Assembly (NCBI GenBank): GCA_964016885.1
Contig: OZ024752.1
Location: 30,256,001 to 30,320,000 of the forward strand
Source of the DNA: Eledone cirrhosa
Taxonomy: Eukaryota
Direction of reading: 5' to 3'
Length of the DNA stretch: 64,000 bases
Shown here: positions 13,415-27,545 of the stretch, piece by piece
Layout: each line of letters begins with the position of its first letter
How positions within the stretch are numbered: the first letter of the stretch is position 1
Made by a program: the position numbers and the translations under genes
Notes under the pieces: model-generated
The model's input: the letters and a program-made list of their open reading frames with translations, nothing else
What the model was told of the DNA's origin: nothing
Database searches by the model: none

Positions 13415-16400
13415 TCATCATCATCATCATCACCGTTTTACGTCCATTCTTCCACGCTAGCATGGGTTAGATGGGTTGTCCTGTTGTGGGCAGTGTCTGG
13501 TCGGCTGACCATGCCTTGGTCATACAGGAACTGATTTGGCTTGATTTCTACAGCTGGATGCCCTTCCTAACACCAACCTCATTTACAGTGAGTGCTGGGT
13601 GCTTTTTCGTGGCGACTACACGTCCACTTTACAGTGTGGGCTGGGTGCTTTTTTGCCGTGGCACCTCTACGACCACCTTGTGGTGGGGGGGTGGGGGCAT
13701 ATTGTCCATATGCTTCAGCTTGTACCCATGGGAGGTCGGGTACTCTGTATTACTGCGTGACGCCAGAGGTCACGGTCGTGTGTCATTGCCTTTGAGAGGT
13801 GTAATTGGGTAAGGTCGGCTTTTATCACCTCATCCCAGGTCATCTTGGGTCTCCCCACTCCGCGGTTTCCATCGACTTCTAGTGCTCTGCACCTTTTTAT
13901 GCAGCTGTCATCCTTGATACGCATCACATGTCCATACCAGCGCAACCGCCTCTCCTGCACACAGCATTTGATTCCTCTTATGCTCAGTCTCTCTCTCAAT
14001 TCATTTATGCTTTGTCGTTCACGTATATTACTGTTACACATCCATCGGAGCATGCAGGCTTCGTTTCTCTCTAATCTACGTAAGTCTTCCACCTTCAGTG
14101 CCCAGGTCTCACTACCATGCAACATCGCTGTTCGGATACACGCATCATACAGTCTGCCTTTCATTCTGAGGGAGAAGCCTTTTGCAGCTAGCAGTGGTAG
14201 TAGTTCCCTAAACTTATTCCATCCCGTTCTTACCCTAGTTATTGTACTTTCTGAACACCCACCTCCACTGCTAATTCGGTCACCTAGGTAGCAGAAGCTG
14301 TCTACTGTTTCTACAGAGCCCTCCCAGAGATTGGTGGTACTTGTTTCCTGTGGCTGTATGCTGCTTGCTGTCCCAGCACAGCTGCTGCATGTGAAGCCTA
14401 CATTCTTAATTAAGCTTCCCGAGATCCTGCTACATCTCTTGTGTACTCATTGTATGCATTTGGGGCAGAGAATGGAGTTCCTATATACTGAGCAAGGCCA
14501 TTTCCCTGAGGGGATCTGGGTTCTGTTTTCTCGTCTACTTACAAGGACCTTAGTCTTTGTCATGTTGACTTTGAGACCCTTTCTTTCTAGTCCCTGCTTC
14601 CAAGTTTGGAATTTATTCTCTAGTTCTACCATAGATTCAGCTATAAGTGCAAGGTCATCAGCATACATGAGTTCCCATGGGCATCCGGTCTTAAACTCCT
14701 CCGTTATTGCCTGCAGGACTATGATGAACAGGAGGGGATAAGAACAGAGCCCTGGTGGACCCCAACCTGTACGCTAAATTCCTCGCTATACTCATTGCTA
14801 ATCCTAACTTTGCTGACTGCTCCCCTATACATGGCTTGTACCGCTTTCACAAGCCATTCATCTACTCCTAGTTTTCTAAGAGCCTACCAGATTACAGCAC
14901 GTGGAACTCTGTCAAAGGCTTTCTCAAGGTCGATAAATGCCAAGTAGAGTGGCTTACTTTTAGCTAGGTACTTTTCCTGTAACTGCCTCACAAGGAAGAG
15001 GGCATCAGTGGAGCCTCTTCCTGGTACAAACCCAAATTGCATCTCGTCTATTTTCACCCGGTCCCTAATCAACTGTGCTATAACTCTTTCTGTTACTTTC
15101 ATGACCTGGTCCATCAGCTTTATACCTCTATAGTTTCCTCTATCTAGTGCATCACCTTTACCTTTGTAGCAGTTGACAATGATGTTACTGCACCAATCTT
15201 TTGGTATGACACCTTCTAGTATTACCTGGTTAACAATACGTGTGGTTATAGTGTGACCTACAGACCCAGATGCCTTCAGCATCTCGGCAGCTATACCCGA
15301 TGGACCGGTTGCCTTCCCCATCTTCATATCTTTGATTGCCTTACTTACTACGTTGCTGCTGACTTGTACTGCTGGCCCCTCTATAGGGTCTACTTGGGGT
15401 AGGGTCTCTTCTTCCCATGCATTCTCCTCATTTAGTAATCTATCATAATGACTCTTCCATGTATCTTTCTTCTCAGCACTTGTGAGGGCATGCTCACCTT
15501 TATCATTCCGGATACACTTCTCTCCAATGACATTACAACTCTCTCTGACACACTGCCTTGCAATCTTGAACACCTCCTGTTTCTGGTCCTCACGTTGCAA
15601 AACATGCTTGAATTTTCTATCCTCTGCTTCCCTCCTAGCTAAGTATACTTGTCGCCTAGCTTCCCTCTTGGTATCTATGTAATGTACCCTGCTCCCCCCG
15701 TTCTTCCATTCTTTCCATGCCTGTCTCTTGGCCTTAACTGCTTCATCTACCTTATTGTTCCACCACCAAGTCACTCTCCTCCTGCTTGAGGTCTTACTCC
15801 AGCCACAGACCTCATCCGTCGTCTCTAGTAAATTATTTTTTAGGAACTCCCAGTTCTCTTCTACATTGAATGTCTCTATCTGTTCTTCTTTACTGTCGTA
15901 GGCGTTGAGTAAAATATCTTTAAATCTGTTACTGGTTGAGGGGTCTTTCAGCTTCCAGTTCTTTCTTCTCCAGGTTGGCCTCTGTTTCCAGGTTCGTCTA
16001 GTTCTGACCGTGAGGTCGCTGACAACTAAGCTATGTTGGGATGTACATTCCTCACTAGGGAAGGCTTTTGTGTTTACGACCGTCCATCTGTCATATCCTC
16101 TGATGAGGATAAAATCTATCTGACTGGAGTGCTCCCCTGATCTATAGGTGATTAGGTGGTTGTCGGGTTTTTTAAAGTTTGTGTTACATATCAACATGTC
16201 ATTGGCGTCGCAGAATTCTAGAAGTCTGAATCCTTCCTCATTTCTTGTGCCAACCCCATGGCCTCCATGTACTCTATTGAAGCCGTTGCAGTGTTTACCT
16301 ACGTGTCCGTTAAAATCTCCTGCGATGATTAGGAAGTCATTGTCGTCTGTTAGAGCAGTAGTGTGCATTAGGGACTCGTAAAACCTATCCTTAAGTTTGT

Positions 16401-16821
16401 CTGGCAGCCCCGATTGGGGTGCGTAAGCTGATATTATTGTGGTAATTGTTTTATTCAGGACTAGTCTGAGTTTAATGATTCTTGCATTTACCCTGTACAC
16501 TGAGATTACTTTATCTACCCACTTGTCAGCTAGTAGTATACCTACACCACCCATCCCATCGTCATTTCCCACACAGAAAAATTTGTAGCACCGACTTTTT
16601 CCTACAAGGACTCTGGCAGACTCTCCTCTCCATCTAGTCTCTTGCACACAGCATACATCAATTTCCTTTCGCTCTAGCATTTCTACGATTTCTCCTGCTC
16701 TTCCTTTCATTGAGCCTACATTGATGGTACCAACTCGGAGTTTGGGGCATTTGTCGACACTCGTAGGGAAGGGTCTCTGGATTGGCGCTTCACATGGGTG
16801 CTTGGTAGCTCGCAGATTCAT
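13415..16821 (-). mobile_element. Near full-length RTE-clade LINE, ORF disabled (APE endonuclease + reverse transcriptase)
   Basis: 645-aa ORF with CVQETRW, SAYAPQ, GDFNGH, QIDFIL, NYRGIKL, QFGF, DLEKAFD. Stop at 14884 and later shifts; YADD at ~14660; C-terminal LRWYGHV..GRPK; (ATG)n tail at 13415-13432. Confidence 0.97.
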
Positions 16822-17097
16822 ATTTCATCTATTGATTCAGAGTTGCTCAAATTTATTCTCAGCTCATCCATCCATAACAGTAGGAAAATATGAATGCTTT
16901 TATGTGTGTGAGTGTGTGTGTGTGTGTTCACATATGTGTTTTCATGTGTGTGTATGAGTGTGTGATTTAAATTATGTAGAGTTTGTAAGAGAGTTGAGTA
17001 AATTGAATTGCTGAGATGAGTGGAAAAATTGAAGTTTCAGAAAAATGGAGAAGCTTCTGTAACATGGGAGCTCATCACTGAGATGTTGAAACATCTG

Positions 17098-17223
17098 GTG
17101 AAGTAGGACTCAAGATGGTCACTCACATGAAGTAGGACTCAAGCTAATCACTCACATGAAGTAGGACTCAAGCTAGTCACTCACATGAAGTAGGACTCAA
17201 GTTAGTCACTCACATGAAGTAGG
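17098..17223. repeat. Short minisatellite, ~29-bp unit
   Basis: tgaagtaggactcaagctagtcactcaca x4. Confidence 0.9.
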
Positions 17224-17269
17224 CCAATCAGTGAGACAACTACAAAACAATTTTCTGGCTAAGTGTGAA

Positions 17270-18370
17270 GTTGCTACATCTAAATTTCGTTGATCTGGAG
17301 AAGATCTTTGATGGAATACCATGATCTGTTATCTAGTGATCCTTAATGAAACTAGGTCTAGCTAGAAGAATGTCTTGTGAGAGCAATGCAAGCCATGTAC
17401 AGAGGAGCTGTCAGTAAAGTGTGAGTAGGTAATAAGCTTAGTAAGTAGAAAAAAATGACATTAGGGAAATGGCTGTGTTCGATGAGTAAAAAACTCTATA
17501 TGATGTACACAATGTTAAATAAGAAACAAGAAGTATAACGAGATTGTTGAGAGACTCACAGAAAAGGTAATATTTGTATGTGGCAGATGTGCAGCAATAA
17601 TTGATAGAGCATCTGTGAAATAATTCTTTTCCAATTCCAGGAAAATACTTTTGAAGTAGTTGATATATTCTGTTACTTAGGGGACTTAATTAGCGATGTA
17701 GGAGGTTTTCTGATAGTATAGTAGTTAGTGTATGACCAGGGTGGAAAATGTTCAAAGAGTTACTAAGTCTGTTGACAAGAAAGGTAGACTGTATAATGCC
17801 TAGATGAGAAAAGCAATGTTATATGGCAGTACAACATGGCAGACTATATGTAAAGACTGGAGAGATTGGAAGTGAGAATCATTTCTTTCCAGTCATTCCA
17901 TATCCTCTGTTGGATATGTAATGTTAATGTGCATGAATAATGGTTTCTGATTTAGGCACAAAGCCAGCAATTTTTGTGGGGAGGGGAAGTTGATTAAATC
18001 GACCCCAGTGCATGACTGGTACTTTATTTTATCGACCCCCTAAAGATGAAAAGCAAAGCTAACCTCAGCAAGATTTGAACTCAGAATGTAAAGAACTGTA
18101 ACTCTATGCCATGAAGCAGGGCATCCGATGCTTTACCGATATTGCCAATCCACTGCCCTAATGTGCATGAAGAATGAAGAATTAGATGATACATCATGCC
18201 AGAGAGAAGACTATGCTGATATGGACATGTGATGTGTATGGATGATGATCATTAAGTGAAGAAGTGCCAGGAGATACAAGTGGAAGAAAACTGCTACAAT
18301 AGACAAAAACAAAGTATGTCCAGGATAGAGTTGGTTAGAGTTAATAATATGCAAGCATGGAAAAGCAGGT
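17270..18370 (+). mobile_element. Old degraded RTE copy interrupted by a SINE (~17938-18158, -) with TSD taatgtgcatgaa
   Basis: Remnants of DLEK.FD, FCYLGD, GWK.F.EL, MLYGS.TW, YGHV motifs; SINE flanked by a 13-bp duplication. Confidence 0.75.
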
Positions 18371-18474
18371 ATACTGTAGATAAATATTTCACAGAGAACA
18401 ACATCTGCAAACGTTCATAACTCATCTCTGTGAGAGAAACAAAAGACTAGAAATAACTACTATTTATATAAAAA

Positions 18475-18578
18475 TAACTGTTTCTACTTTTGGCACAAGG
18501 CCAGCAAATACCCAGTACATTACTGGTACTTTATTTTATCGACCCTGTAGGGATGAAAGGGAAAGTTAACTTCGGCGA
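18475..18578 (-). mobile_element. 5'-truncated Meta-like SINE
   Basis: tgtttctacttttggcacaaggccagc...gttaacttcggcg. Confidence 0.8.
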
Positions 18579-20349
18579 AATAATGATAGTAAATAAGATA
18601 AATAAATATATAATACAATAGTTAACAAATTAGATTGAGATAAAGAAGATAAAAAGAATTAAATCTAAGAGTGACAAATGTAATAAATAAAAGCTTTGTG
18701 TGATCAGAAATGAATGATTAAAATTATTTTTCCATACTGCAATTGTATACACACACACACATATATATATATATATCTTAGTTCTGCTCTGTGTATTGTG
18801 CAGTTAATGTTTAACTGTCTCTATATATGTTTATATATAAAACACCTCCATTAATACTTTTAATAAGTATGGACATTTGTCTTAAAGCAATTGAGCCAAA
18901 AAGATCCTTTAAAAAAGGATATGGAGAAAGACAAAAATTCTAATGGAGTGAGAACGGGAGAGTTGCAAAGGAATAAAATACCTATTCTGAAATAGAACAA
19001 AAACAAATGCTTATTTAATGTTAAAAAAATAGAACTGTGCTCTTTTTTCTTTGATCTCCCTTTAATCTTACTCTCTCTATATATTAAATTTGTTCTCTTT
19101 TTTAAAACAAATATCTAGACACATTCTCCTTCACAGAAGTCACACATATTATATTTATTCTTAGTCATGCATCTAAAGAATAACAAAAAGCAACCCATTC
19201 ACTAGTAAATGTAAACCAGAGAAATTCTATGGAAGCAAAACCTCTAGAAAACTCTTCAGAATAAACCACAATTTTCGAATCATAACCACTTTGATAGATA
19301 GTGTATAGTTTTCCTTTCATTGATATAATAATTAAACTGTTTGTATTTCATCAAAAACTATATAAAGATAGTTTACCAATAAACACCTGTTCAGAAGAAA
19401 ATAATACAAGAAGTAGATACAAACATAATTCAAACAATTTTATGCAAACTTATTGAAATATTTTGTTTAGAAAAATGGACATGAAGGTAATGAAGAGGAT
19501 TACATTTTAACTGATAATATCACTCTTTATCTTCAGTTGTTCTGTGTTTATAAAATAACATTTGTTTTAAAACTTTTGATCTACTTGAAAGTAAATTTAT
19601 TGTTTTTTGAGATATTTGATTTCAAAACTATAAATTATAAAAATAAAAAATATAGTCTTGCTTAGACTTATTTGGTAAACTATGAAAAATAAATGACCAT
19701 GAATGGAAGTCAGCATTGTTTGCTAAGTAAATTATATTACAGTTAGGAAAGATAGAGAGAGAATAGAGGAGATTTTTCAAGTTGATAGAGTCTTTCAAAA
19801 TATGAATAACTAATTCAATTTGAACAATAAATAATGTAGTCAAAGCCTGATTACAAAAGGACCAAATGTGTTGTAGCTTTATTTGACATAAACAAATGGA
19901 CAAAAACCAAAACCAAAATAAATAATAAAACTTAATAATAAAGCTAATTTCTCACCACTCCAAAATATTAGTTAATGAAGCTACAGTAATATTATATTAT
20001 ATCTCTTTCTGGGCAGTCATACAAAGTTAATATCTAAAAATGGAATTACAGAACAGTTTGTAAGTGAGAATTAATTGTAAAGCTAGGATTAGCAAATGTA
20101 AACAACTTAAGTTACAAAGCTAATTTCACATGTTTTGTCAATAGAATGTGTTTGTGATAATATTATGTTTGTAAATTTGTTAACAGTTCCTTTTTTTTTT
20201 TCCTAATTATCGAAAGAAAACAATTTCTGTTCCTCTGAATACATTTAGTATTAATAAAACTGAGCCAACAATACTTCCAGTTAGTTATCTCCTTAATAAA
20301 GCACAAACATTAAAAACTGTTAAGAAACATCTAATTTGGTTAGAATAAC

Positions 20350-20640
20350 TTCTCCTTCTTCTGTCTTCTATTTTCTTCTTAGAAGAGTCGTGGAGACAGA
20401 GTCGTGGAGACAGAGTCCTCAAACACCCTTTCCAGAGGGTCCTGTCAGAAGGAACCATCTCCAATTGATCCAGCTGGATGCCAGCAAGACCAGCCGAACT
20501 CATGGATGTAAACTAACCATTTTACTCAGAGTCTACTCCTGGGTCTCTTGTCCACTGGTTTTACCCATAAAATCTGTTCAGCAATTCTTTCCTGAGTGAG
20601 ACATTCTAACCATATGACCATAATACCAAAATAACTTCAT
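20350..20640 (-). mobile_element. Degraded RTE-type LINE 3' end
   Basis: YGHMVRMSHSGK..G.RP.W remnants and an AAG-like tail; related to 43490-43580. Confidence 0.6.
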
Positions 20641-21509
20641 TTCTAAATAGTCATTTAAAGAGAATTTCATTTCAAATGTGAATCTATGTAGATGTAATGC
20701 AATAATAAAACATTTTCTGGATATGTTACAAGATTCCACACTGCTAAATTTGGTTGGTAAATTTACATTCTTCTTGGCTGTGACTTCATATTCTAACTAT
20801 GAATGATGCAGGTATGACCTGTCTCGCTATGAAATCCATGCCTTTACATACTTTTTTTTCATGTAAAGATTGCATCAGCCTTGCATATGTAGCAGTTTTC
20901 CTTTGCTAAAATGTTTCATACATATGCATCCATTTAATAGCAAAATATTCTTAGTTTGAGTGATAGCCAGTTAAAATATTTTTAAATATTAACATTCTAA
21001 TAATATGAAATTATTTCAATAATTAGAAGCTAAATAAATAACTAGCTTTTTAAAAGATAGTTATGATAGTAACATTCTTAAGACAGAGAAAAACAATAAT
21101 TTAAATTTTAAAGCTGACATAGTAAAAAATTAGTGTCAGATGTAAAAATTACAATAACAGAAGTAAAGTTTAGAAAGTTCTCAAACGTTTTTAATTCTTT
21201 TATTCCTAAATTCTTTTATTCCTAAGTATTTATGCAGTATGCAGTGTAAATGGCTGTATAGTGATCTCTAAAAAAATGTTGGGAGGGAAAAGAAAGATCT
21301 TACTTAATGTATCTTAGGTATTAAAAACAAATATATACATATAGAAATGTTTTAAACACATTGTGTTTGATGGGTTGAAAAAAACAAATCTTTTCATAAT
21401 GGCAGTGAAACAATTAAACAAAAAGAGAAAAAAATGTTACTTACTTTAAGGGGGGGAAAAAACAGAAGCTAATAAAGTAAATGCAAGATGAAAGCTATAG
21501 TAATTAATA

Positions 21510-21790
21510 GCATGTGGCCTAGTGGTAAGGGTGTTGGACCTATAATCATAATGTGATGGGTTCGATTCCTGGATTGGGTTGTGTGTTGTGTCACATTGCT
21601 TCTATACACTCAGCTGAAAATGAGTACCAACAATAACTGGAGGTTTAACCCTGCAATGTACTGGAATGCTGTCTAGAGGGGAGTCATGTACTTTCAATCA
21701 CTTCATCTCGCTTCATGCCATGAAAACCAAGATAAACACCAGCCTAACGAGCCTCCAGCCTCAAGACAGATCTTTGACATTCCTTTTTAG
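21510..21790 (+). mobile_element. tRNA-derived SINE (third family)
   Basis: A box TGGCCTAGTGG, B box GGTTCGATTCC, central cactcagctgaaaatgagtacc. Confidence 0.7.
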
Positions 21791-22209
21791 GCATAGCAGT
21801 AAAAGACATACTGCAGTGATGATTCTTATAACAGTTAAATTAATTTTACTAAACCTCTAGTAAATATTTCTCCAAATATGTTGGATGTAATTCAACAAAC
21901 CTCATATATTCATATATGATATATAGATATACTATAAATGTATAGTATACAGATCTATAGATCTATATACAGTATATATATAGATTTATAGTATATCAAT
22001 ACTATAGATCTATATTATATAGATATACAGTATATATATAGATTTATAGTATATCAATAATATTGATATATAGTATATAAATAATATATATCTATAATAA
22101 ATAGATAATATAAATCTAAAATATATTAATAGTATAGATCTATAGCATAGAGATAATATGAAATATTATCTCTATATGAAATACGAAACAACAACAGCAA
22201 CAACAACAA

Positions 22210-23505
22210 CAGCAGCAGCAGCAACAACAACAATCGACCAGTACAGATTTTGCAAAATTGCAACAAATGATTTCTGCTTTAAGAAGGGAAGGAATAGGAA
22301 TAAAAGCAAGCATTCGGGTAGGATCCCACAATGAGGGGTCTTATCAGAATGCCTTGCTAAAGAATCTCCCTGTACCTCTTGCCGTATCTGGGCACACTGA
22401 GAAGACCACGGAATCTGCGACCCATGAAGTAATTGCCATTGGGGTACCAGAAGACAAGGCTGATCTTTAGACATTTGCTGCTAGCTCAGCCAAAGACCTA
22501 GGCTGTGTTCCCCCAAAGGGTGCTCTCCGCCTTGGTCGACCTGGTCCCAAACCCAGACTCATCAGGCTGTCTTTTTCGGACCCCGCTGAGGCAATTTCAC
22601 ATCATCTTGCCTCTGTTAAAGCTGGGCGTGAAAATCAGATTACCTTCCGAACAAGCCCAGGCCTACCACCTGATGTACATCCAAAGCTACGTGCTGCAGC
22701 TTCCTTGAATCGGAACTCAGCACAACACGAATGTTTTAGTCTGCGTGATGATGGGAAGATCTGGAGGTTTGTTAAGGCTGGTGAAAAGTGGAAGAGAGAT
22801 ACCAGCTGGTCTGAGTGTGTCTTGGCGAGGGTGTCTTGGCATCACTCAGCAAGACCTTTGTTAGCCGCTCTCCAGCCATCTATTTAAAGCTGTATACAGC
22901 TAGGTACGACCACACTTGGAATTCACATCATCAGTCTGGAACCTCTATCTTGCTCAGAACATTGATCTCCTGGAAACTGTTCAGAAACATGCAACCAAGC
23001 GCATACCCTCCATCAGACACCTACCATACTCTGAATGCCTTGCTTCTCTGGGCATGGATTCATTGAAGCTCCGACGTCTGGCAACTGACTTGGTAAACAC
23101 CCATAAAGTTATTAACCATCTCGCCAACAACAACCCTGAGTACCTTTTTGATTTCCATGTGTCTAACACACGTGGGCATGTACACAAAGCCAGATAACAG
23201 CACAGCTCCCATGACTTTTGGAAACATTTTGTCACGCTTAGAGTTGCTGAAGCATAGAATAAACTGCCTGCGTCAGTTGTTAACTGCCGAGACACTGCAT
23301 CCTTTAAAACTCTCATGCTTCCCGAAATTCGCCAAAACTACACCTGATGTCCCCCTTCCATACACATGCACACGTGTATATCATGACTCATGCACTGTTC
23401 ATTTTCCTGACATTTGTACATTACCCTATGTACTATACATACACTTTTGATGAGTTGTAGTGCACCTGAGCACTGTACACAATATTTTCATTATTATCAT
23501 TATTA
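22210..23505 (+). mobile_element. Internally deleted CR1-clade LINE: ORF1-like region joined to ORF2 C-terminus, 3' UTR and (ATT) tail
   Basis: ORF1-like VIAIGVPE..LRLGRPGPKPRLIRLSF; ORF2 end LEFTSSVWN..LETVQKHATKRI..LKLRRL..NTRGH..NKLP. Confidence 0.85.
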
Positions 23506-23680
23506 TTATATATATAGTTGAATAAATGAACAGAGAACAAAAAATAGAGAGGCAGTAGAAATGATATGGTTTATAGTTTCACGCTTGAGAGTAGGAAGGT
23601 GGATATTTATATATATATATATATATATTTGTCTAACCCATGTTAGCATGGAAAATGGACATTAGACGATGATGATGATG

Positions 23681-23711
<31 letters not shown>

Positions 23712-24047
23712 CATATATACATATATATATATGAAATCAATGCTATATAGATAACATATAATCTATAGTATATTGATAATATAAATCTACAGTACAAAAT
23801 CGATATCATAAATTATACCCGTTATGACCTTTTTAGGCAATTGGAACATTTCTCAGAAAACATTCAGGAAATTATTTCACAAATGAAAAGTTCTTAAATC
23901 AGTGTAAATTGGTGTTGGAAAGAAACCTAAGGTAGGAATGGCATTTCATATATAGAAATATACCGTCTAAACCCATGCTAGCGTGGAAGATAGGCATTAA
24001 ACGATGATGATGATGATGATGATATATATTTTAGACATATGCTTCTT

Positions 24048-24260
24048 GGAGGAGAAGGAGAAGGAAAAGAAGAAAAAGGAGGAGAAGAAGGAAAAGAAGA
24101 GAAGAAGGAAAAGAAGAGAAGGAGGAGGAGGAGGAGGAGGAGAAGGAAAAGAAGAAAAAAGGAGGAGAAGGAGGAGGAGAAGAAGGAAAAGAAGAAAAAA
24201 AGGAGGAGAAGGAGGAGGAGGAGGAGAAGAAGGAAAAGAAGAATAAAAAGAGGAGGAACA
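24048..24260. repeat. Purine-rich (GAA/GGA)n tract
   Basis: Seen directly. Confidence 0.95.
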
Positions 24261-24429
24261 GCAGCATCCTCTAGAAATATAAAGGATGTCAATATGTATT
24301 AGCTATATGTCACCTAAGGATACGTAAATGAAATTGTTACATTCTTTCAAAAGATGACACATCAATCAGTAATCCAATATAGAAATCATAACAATACAAA
24401 AACCATAACAACATAATAAACCATAACAT

Positions 24430-24618
24430 CATTGTTTCTACTTTTGGCACAAGGCCAGAAATTATCCCAGTGCATTACTGGTACTTTATTTTATCGACCC
24501 CGTAAGGATGAAAGGCAAAGTTAACCTCGGCGGAATTTGAACTCAGACCGTAAAGGGCCGTAACTCTATGCTGCAAAGCATGGCGTCCGACCCTCTACCG
24601 ATACTGCCAATCCACCGT
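24430..24618 (-). mobile_element. Full-length Meta-like tRNA SINE
   Basis: Complete head to tail and close to the apparent consensus of the other copies. Confidence 0.9.
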
Positions 24619-25790
24619 CATAATATATATACAATAACAGTATAATATATAAACCATGATATAATATATACGCCATAACAATATATGAACCATAACAACA
24701 TAATTTATATACCATAACATAATATATAAACCATAACATAATATATATATATATAATATAACAGTATAATATATAAACCATGATATAATATATACACCAT
24801 AACAATATATGAACCATAACAACATAATTTATATACCATAACATAATATATAAACCATAACATAATATATATATATAATATAACAGTATAATATATAAAC
24901 CATGATATAATATATACACCATAACAATATATGAACCATAACAACATAATTTATATACCATAACATAATATATAAACCATAACATAATATATATAATATA
25001 ACAGTATAATATATAAACCATGATATAATATATACACCATAACAATATATGAACCATAACAACATAATTTATATACCATAACATAATATATAAACCATAA
25101 CATAATATATATATATATATAATATAACAGTATAATATATAAACCATGATATAATATATACACCATAACAATATATGAACCATAACAACATAATTTATAT
25201 ACCATAACATAATATATAAACCATAACATAATATATATATATAATATAACAATATAATATATAAACCATGATATAATATATACACCATAACGACAATATA
25301 TGAACCATAACAACATAATTTATATACCATAACATAATATATAAACCATAACATAATATATATATATAATATAACAGTATAATATATAAACCATGATATA
25401 ATATATACACCCTAACGACAATATATGAACCATAACAACATAATTTATATACCATAACATAATATATAAACCATAACATAATATATATATATATAATATA
25501 ACAGTATAATATATAAACCATGATATAATATATACACCATAACGACAATATATGAACCATAACAACATAATTTATATACCATAACATAATATATAAACCA
25601 TAACATAATATATATATATATAATATAACAGTATAATATATAAACCATGATATAATATATACACCATAACGACAATATATGAACCATAACAACATAATAT
25701 ATATACATACTATAATATAATATATACACCATAACGACAATATATGAACCATAACAACATAATATATGAACCATAATAACATAATATCTA
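24619..25790. repeat. Satellite, ~120-125-bp unit built from ccataaca subrepeats
   Basis: About 9 tandem units. Confidence 0.95.
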
Positions 25791-26484
25791 TTCTATATAG
25801 TTCTAATTTACACTCACATCCTGAAAGATAAGATTATTTCTGTTCAAGTGAAATTCATTCCTGTTACAGAAGGAGTAGATAGTAATATAAAGAAGAAAAT
25901 TTATTTTAACAGAAGAAAATATCATAAACTGCTGACAGAAAATAATGGCTTAATCTTTTTTAAAATGTTTCTGTTAAAGTGAAATATTATTAATATAGTT
26001 ATTTAGATTTTTTTTTTCTTTTACATTGCTTTTTTTTATTACTAAGAAGTGAATCATGAAAATTTCTGTTCATACATACAAATTCAATTTTTCCAATTTT
26101 TTTTTAATTTTATTTTTTTTAATTTATTTTTTATTTTTTATTTTTTATGTACATGCATTCCACTAAGAAGATACAAGTGAAAATATATTATAAATAATAT
26201 AAATAATATTCTGGTGAAATATTCCAAGTTATAAGACAGCTTCATATCTCATTGGATATATATATATATATTTACATATTTAAAAAGTATTGAAATCGTC
26301 AGAGAAATGAAGTAAACAGATATGAAAAGAAAAACGAAGAAAATAAAAATTATATATATTGCAAAGTCAAGATAGAAATATAGAGAACCTGAAAACAAAA
26401 AACTGGACAAAGGTATAAGAGGGGAAAAGCTGTGTGTGTGTGTGAATGTATGCAAAATGGATGTTAAATGATGATATGATTATG

Positions 26485-26534
<50 letters not shown>

Positions 26535-26659
26535 ATATATATATGTGTGTGTGTGTGTGTTTATATATATACATATATTTCAAATATATGCAAATAGAAA
26601 ATCACATGCGTGGGAGGATAAGGTATTCATCTGTACAAGAAAATGCATCGCTGGTTGAG

Positions 26660-27125
26660 TAAATATGTGTGTGTGGATGTGTGTTGGATGTGAGAAGGTG
26701 TGGAGGTGTGTGTGTGTGAGTAAAGGTGTGTGTGTGGAGGTGTGGGTGTGTGTTGAGGTGTGTGGAGGTGTTGTGTGGTGGTTGGAGGTCTGTGTGTGTG
26801 GATGTGTGTTGGATGTGAGAAGGTGTGGAGGTGTGTGTGTGTGAGTAAAGGTGTGTGTGTGGAGGTGTGGGTGTGTGTTGAGGTGTGTGGAGGTGTTGTG
26901 TGGTGGTTGGAGGTCTGTGTGTGTGGATGTGTGTTGGATGTGAGAAGGTGTGGAGGTGTGTGTGTGTGAGTAAAGGTGTGTGTGTGGAGGTGTGGGTGTG
27001 TGTTGAGGTGTGTGGAGGTGTATGTGGGTGTGTGGAGGTGTTGTGTGGTGGTTGGAGGTCTGTGTGTGTGGATGTGTGATGGATGTGAGTGTGGGTATGG
27101 GAAGGTGTGGATGTGTGTGTGGAGA
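26660..27125. repeat. GT-rich satellite, ~125-bp unit
   Basis: gtgtggatgtgtgttggatgtgagaaggtgtggagg... x3-4. Confidence 0.9.
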
Positions 27126-27299
27126 TGAGAATGTGCATGTGTCTGTATGTGTAACTGTTTAGGTTAAATCATGTGCATATACTAGCAGTTAAATAAGTAT
27201 ACAAGTGTTTGTATGTGTGTGTATGTGAAGGGGTGGGGTGTAGTGATAATGAGGATAAGCCCCTCTTCTTCCCCGAGGGGTTATAGTGAGGTAGGGCAA

Positions 27300-27545
27300 G
27301 GCTATAGGTGGATCAGTCTGTTCAGGTCAACTTTTAGGCCAGTAGCCAGATCTTCACTAGTACCATATATTACCAGTCATCTTGTCCTTTGTCCACATGT
27401 GAGTTTCAGCTTCTTAAGACCAACACCTCTACTAACTCATCCCATGTCTTCTCCTGAGTTCCATCCACTGAAATTTCTCTACACATCTTTCTACAGCTGT
27501 CATCTTCCATATGCATCACATGATTATACCAATGCAGTCTTTTCT
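27300..27545 (-). mobile_element. Degraded RTE 3' fragment
   Basis: KRLHWYNHVMHMEDDSCRKMCR..KTWDELV. Confidence 0.75.

Noticed and set aside
13845-16381. Plus-strand ORFs overlapping the RTE
   Set aside because: Antisense shadows of the LINE reading frame.
23978-24302. Poly-E/K/R/G ORFs (also 47900-48421)
   Set aside because: Purine-rich simple repeats.
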